Assembly (NCBI GenBank): GCA_037381445.1
Contig: JARRQT010000117.1
Coordinates: forward strand, 1 to 10,315
Source of the DNA: Calditrichia bacterium
GTDB taxonomy: Bacteria > Calditrichota > Calditrichia > RBG-13-44-9
Direction: 5' to 3'
Length of the DNA stretch: 10,315 nucleotides
Shown here: piece after piece, positions 7,013 through 10,315 of the stretch
Layout of the letters: every line of letters begins with the position of its first letter
Position numbering within the stretch: position 1 is the first letter of the stretch
Position numbers and translations under genes: made by a program
The notes under the pieces: generated by a model
The model's database searches: none
What the model was told of the DNA's origin: nothing
The model's input: the letters and a program-made list of their open reading frames with translations, nothing else

Positions 7013-7266
7013 ACGTGAATTCGACATAATAAAAATGTCAATTGAATTATGTTGGAAGCGATTCCAAAATGTCATTCCCAGTCTACCCCAATGGGGCATG
7101 CTTTTAGCGGGAATCCACTGCAAAAGGAGTGCAATATATTCTTCCCTGATCCACTGGATTCTCCTGGACGGACCGCTTCGTGGCGGCAATCCCCCGCAAC
7201 ATGTGCGGGGCAGGCTCTGCCGGAATGACAATTTTGTTCGGAAAAGTTCTTAACTCGAACTCACGC
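7013..7266. mobile_element. 254-bp MITE-like non-autonomous element with IS982-like ends
   Basis: Left end ACGTGAATTCGACATAA (7013-7029) versus the reverse complement of the right end GCGTGAGTTCGAGTTAA (7266-7250): 13/17 identical. Flanked by TAAATAT (7006-7012) and TAAATAC (7267-7273), a 6/7 direct repeat. No transposase ORF inside. The IS982 assignment rests on my recollection of AC-starting ACGTGAGTTCGA ends. Confidence 0.7.
7070..7230. repeat. Inverted REP doublet (REPIN-like; GTCATTCC...GGAATCCA / TGGATTC...GGAATGAC type) with interrupted arms
   Basis: Outer inverted repeat TGTCATTCC (7070-7078) / GGAATGACA (7222-7230). Inner inverted repeat GAATCCA (7111-7117) / TGGATTC (7155-7161). 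This matches the architecture of the widespread CGTC-type palindromic repeats related to Neisseria dRS3 ATTCCC-N8-GGGAAT. Confidence 0.75.
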
Positions 7267-7395
7267 TAAATACAGCATATTTTATCTTCAATTTCCCGGA
7301 TGTATTTCTATTCCCGGGCCATCAATTCCTCAATTATTTTATCCAAATCCCCAGCCGTATTTTGACCTCCGCCCTCATTTTATAAATAACGACCC

Positions 7396-7423
7396 GAGCA
7401 GGCAGGGAACTGCCTCCCTGCTC
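7396..7423 (-). terminator. Hairpin, probable terminator of the large CTD gene
   Basis: GAGCAGG (7396-7402) / CCTGCTC (7417-7423), with an alternative inner stem AGGCAG-GGAA-CTGCCT (7400-7415). It lies about 35 nt downstream of the TAG at 7457, and an AT-rich tract follows after a few nucleotides on the minus strand. Confidence 0.55.
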
Positions 7424-7456
7424 CTCCGCTCGCCAATAAAAAGGATCTTTTAATTT

Positions 7457-10315
7457 CTACCTCATCAGAATCATTTTCCGGGTTTTCACATAATCGCCTG
7501 CCCAAATCCGGTAGAAATAAATTCCTGATCCCAGATAATTCCCGGCATCGTTGCGGCCGTCCCATTGCAGCCTGTATGCTCCCGCCGCCATTTCCCTGTC
7601 AACAAGCGTTCTGACCCGCTGTCCCAATACGTTATAGATATCCAGCCGGACCTTGACCAGACGCGACAGGCTGAAACGCACATTGGTGACCGGGTTAAAG
7701 GGATTGGGGTAATTTTGATAAAGTTGAAAGGCGAGAGGAACGGTCTCAGTTGAAGCAATTCCCGTCCAATGAGGTGTAAATTCAAATACGCATCCGGGCT
7801 TGATTTTTTTATTCAGCTTCAGATAGAATTCTGCGGGTGTTTCCAGGAAAGTATGCCCCCCGAGAATCGCCGTCCAACCGGCCCAGACAACGTCCGCCGT
7901 CGGACCGGAATTTGTATCGTCATACCCGCCGGCAGTTGCCGGATCGTAGTCACTATTCATGATAAAAAAGTATTCTATTCCACCGTAACTGGTAACAGCG
8001 TCAGGGTCCCAAGTCATATTAGCGGGTTTTTCAGGAGTATCAGTTTCTGAAAAAACGATGTTCACTCTGCGCGGATTAAGGGTATCGGAGATATCGTAAG
8101 CCGCTCCGTTGAATGTCCCGATCCCGCTGTAACGGTAACCCAGATCCCGGCGGTAGACGGCACAATTTGTCCGCATGGTGGAATCAAAAACGATCTTAAC
8201 ACTGTGGTACTGATCATCAGAAAGCGTACTGCCAAAAAACTCCTTGCCTAAACCAAAGCCGCCTCCAAAAGTCGAAAGCCCGGCATCTACTCCGGCAAGC
8301 CAGCGCTCACCGGTTGACACCCAATCCCAACCGCCCACACTGTCAGTCGGAATCGTGGTCCCCCGGGTTACAAGGAATCCCTGGACCACCTGACTATTGT
8401 GACCATACTGGTCCGGATAGGGCTGATTGGTCAACAGCGTAGAACCGGCTGTCAAATCCAGAAGCGTATAGAAAGCGCTGCCATCCGGAAGTGTGTCATC
8501 AAAGGTAATCCGGTAAGAGTGACCATTAAGCAGGGAGGGGTCAACCAGCCGGTATCCCAATTGGCCGAAGCAGCCGCCGGCGGTTTTTGTCATCAGCCGG
8601 TCGCGGGGTTCCGTCGGGAAAGGGGCCACCCATACCGCAACCGTATCCTTCCAAAGATTATGCCGGTCATTTGAAATCTGAATGGCGACATAAATACTAT
8701 CGTTCCCCGTGAAGTTATTATTTATATCGAACTGGTAAAACGGGTTGCCCGGGGAATAATCCCAGGAAAATTTGCTGTTTGCCGTCAGAGAAGGAATCAC
8801 TTCATTTCCATTGGGAGCATAGAAATTCCGAACCGCCTGCGATCCGGGAAGTTCCATCTGTCGGACCAGCAGTTGGGAAAAATTAAAAGCCGATTGGTTT
8901 TGAACTTCCAGAGTATACCTGATATTTTCACCGGGATTGGCAATCCCGTCATGATTCAGGTTGTCCGCTCCCAATATGAATCTGGAGACTTTGACCGGAC
9001 CTGCGGTAGTAAGATTTTCCTGTATTCTCTGCCAGGTATAGGAATTCCCCCCGGAATAGTATACCTGTGCATCCACATAAAGTCCCTCCGACAGGGGAGC
9101 AGTGTTCCAGTCAATACCAAACACACCATCGCCAGCGCTGCCGTCCCCGTGCTGTCCGTCATCGTACAAAGGCAATAAAGCCGCCAGAGCATCATCATAT
9201 TTCCTGATAAATAATTGGATCCATTCGGCATCCTTATTGACGGCAGTGAAATGAATCCTGGTTTGAGATTCACTGCGATATTCCGGTACAGCGGCAAAAT
9301 TTAAAGGTGACGGCAAAAACTTGAATGAATTATAATATCCGGCTCGGGCCACCCTATCATTCTCTTTCATTTGTCTAACGCTCGTCAGATTGTCGTGCAA
9401 TATTCCGCCCACAATTCCGACCACTACCTCCTGGGTATCCCCGGGCTGCATCGTAAATGGCCCGCTGGAGAGGGCAATACTCCGGTCTCCGCGAGTGAAG
9501 TTGTCTTCTCTTCCGTCCAGATCACCAACCATGGCATACGGATCGCCGCTTAACGGGAACAATGTCGGTTCTCCTTTTTCAGGACCGGCCCCGACTTTGT
9601 AGCGGACCAGATCATTGGGATCGGCATTATTGGGGACAAAACCCCGCAGCATTTTATACCATTCAATAGTTCCCTCATAATCCCGCAGGGGCGGATATGT
9701 AAGTGCAGTTCCGGCAGCAAGATAGGCAAATGAAGTCATGGGGAGATTCCTGTAGCCCGGTCTTCTTTTAAAATTAAAGATTGCCGTATCACCGGATGAA
9801 GGGACCAGGGGCCCCTGCAAAAGATCGTACCCGATGGCCGGCGGCGCCAGGTTGAAAGGAGTATAGCTCTCATCCGCGAAAAATCCGTTGTATGCGTATC
9901 CCATATTAGCCTGGGGATCACATCCGGCATAATCGTCTCCGGGATAGCCCACATCCGGGTCTGACCATTGTGCGATGTAAATGCTGTCAAATAAACAACC
10001 GGATTTATTTATCATGCGATAACGACGAAATGATGACTGTCCTAAAGCTCCCTCTTGTTTGAATCCCCACACGGTAACCTGCAATTCAATCCCGATGGGC
10101 GGTGATCCATAAAGAGCGTTGGTCCTCTCCTGATCCAGGTCGTTGCATACAAACCAGATGACCTGGTCAGCGGCGGCAATTCCCGGTGTTTCACCCTGTT
10201 CCGGCTCGTAAATTCCGTTTCCATTCAAATCGTAGAACGGCGCCCCCATATCAACCGGCCATTCTTCCCAGTCCGTACCGTATTGGGCCCGCACTTCATC
10301 GATCTGGGACTGGGT
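7457..10315 (-). CDS. Large secreted multidomain protein with a C-terminal T9SS type-A-like / FlgD-Ig sorting domain (5'-partial)
   Basis: The frame is open to the window edge (TQSQIDEV-RAQY...), so GTG 10294 is probably not the true start. C-terminus LYQNYPNPFNPVTNVRFSL...IYNVLGQRVRTLV...WDGRNDAG..LGSGIYFY...KMILMR. Internal acidic motifs DLNGNGIYE, DPDVG..GDD, LYDDGQHGDGSAGDGVF and DNLNHDGIANPGE. Confidence 0.9.
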   Translation of the reverse strand, partial: TQSQIDEVRAQYGTDWEEWPVDMGAPFYDLNGNGIYEPEQGETPGIAAADQVIWFVCNDLDQERTNALYGSPPIGIELQVTVWGFKQEGALGQSSFRRYRMINKSGCLFDSIYIAQWSDPDVGYPGDDYAGCDPQANMGYAYNGFFADESYTPFNLAPPAIGYDLLQGPLVPSSGDTAIFNFKRRPGYRNLPMTSFAYLAAGTALTYPPLRDYEGTIEWYKMLRGFVPNNADPNDLVRYKVGAGPEKGEPTLFPLSGDPYAMVGDLDGREDNFTRGDRSIALSSGPFTMQPGDTQEVVVGIVGGILHDNLTSVRQMKENDRVARAGYYNSFKFLPSPLNFAAVPEYRSESQTRIHFTAVNKDAEWIQLFIRKYDDALAALLPLYDDGQHGDGSAGDGVFGIDWNTAPLSEGLYVDAQVYYSGGNSYTWQRIQENLTTAGPVKVSRFILGADNLNHDGIANPGENIRYTLEVQNQSAFNFSQLLVRQMELPGSQAVRNFYAPNGNEVIPSLTANSKFSWDYSPGNPFYQFDINNNFTGNDSIYVAIQISNDRHNLWKDTVAVWVAPFPTEPRDRLMTKTAGGCFGQLGYRLVDPSLLNGHSYRITFDDTLPDGSAFYTLLDLTAGSTLLTNQPYPDQYGHNSQVVQGFLVTRGTTIPTDSVGGWDWVSTGERWLAGVDAGLSTFGGGFGLGKEFFGSTLSDDQYHSVKIVFDSTMRTNCAVYRRDLGYRYSGIGTFNGAAYDISDTLNPRRVNIVFSETDTPEKPANMTWDPDAVTSYGGIEYFFIMNSDYDPATAGGYDDTNSGPTADVVWAGWTAILGGHTFLETPAEFYLKLNKKIKPGCVFEFTPHWTGIASTETVPLAFQLYQNYPNPFNPVTNVRFSLSRLVKVRLDIYNVLGQRVRTLVDREMAAGAYRLQWDGRNDAGNYLGSGIYFYRIWAGDYVKTRKMILMR

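Noticed and set aside
2982..7266. CRISPR array interpretation of the repeats
   Set aside because: No 23-47-bp repeats with regular unique spacers anywhere in the window, and no cas genes.
7267..7380. Minus-strand frame reading like protein (TAGDLDKIIEELMARE*KYIREIEDKI), a possible gene remnant
   Set aside because: Too short, interrupted by stops, no start or RBS and no recognisable family; it would need a translated search.
6816..7415. Exact 14-bp repeat GCAGGGAACTGCCT at 6816-6829 and 7402-7415
   Set aside because: One copy is in signal-peptide coding sequence and the other in a terminator-like hairpin, both in the same orientation. A single 14-mer match in 10 kb is not improbable and I see no mechanism.

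Overview
Bacterial chromosomal window of moderate GC content. The two large secreted proteins with YPNPFNP-type C-terminal sorting domains suggest an FCB-related lineage such as Calditrichota, KSB1 or Ignavibacteria; this is inferred from protein style only. Gene order: 5' end of a secreted protein gene (-, runs off the left edge); a 691-aa multi-beta-sandwich secreted protein with a T9SS type-A-like CTD (-); a divergent two-gene unit of a DUF6599-like exported protein and a Tat-exported DUF362 protein (+); an AT-rich higBA toxin-antitoxin module with a palindromic operator (-); a probable outer-membrane beta-barrel gene (-); and the 3' part of a >950-aa secreted CTD protein (-, runs off the right edge). 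The most notable non-coding structure is a 254-bp non-autonomous element (7013-7266). It has imperfect IS982-like terminal inverted repeats and a near-perfect 7-bp target duplication, and it contains a REP-doublet-like palindrome whose arms are themselves interrupted by smaller hairpins. Other points of interest are a degenerate heptamer array, an apparently leaderless higB, and a LarA-like HxxAGxxxxxK motif in the DUF362 protein. No rRNA, tRNA, CRISPR array or transposase was found, and I cannot claim a clearly new multi-gene system from this window alone.
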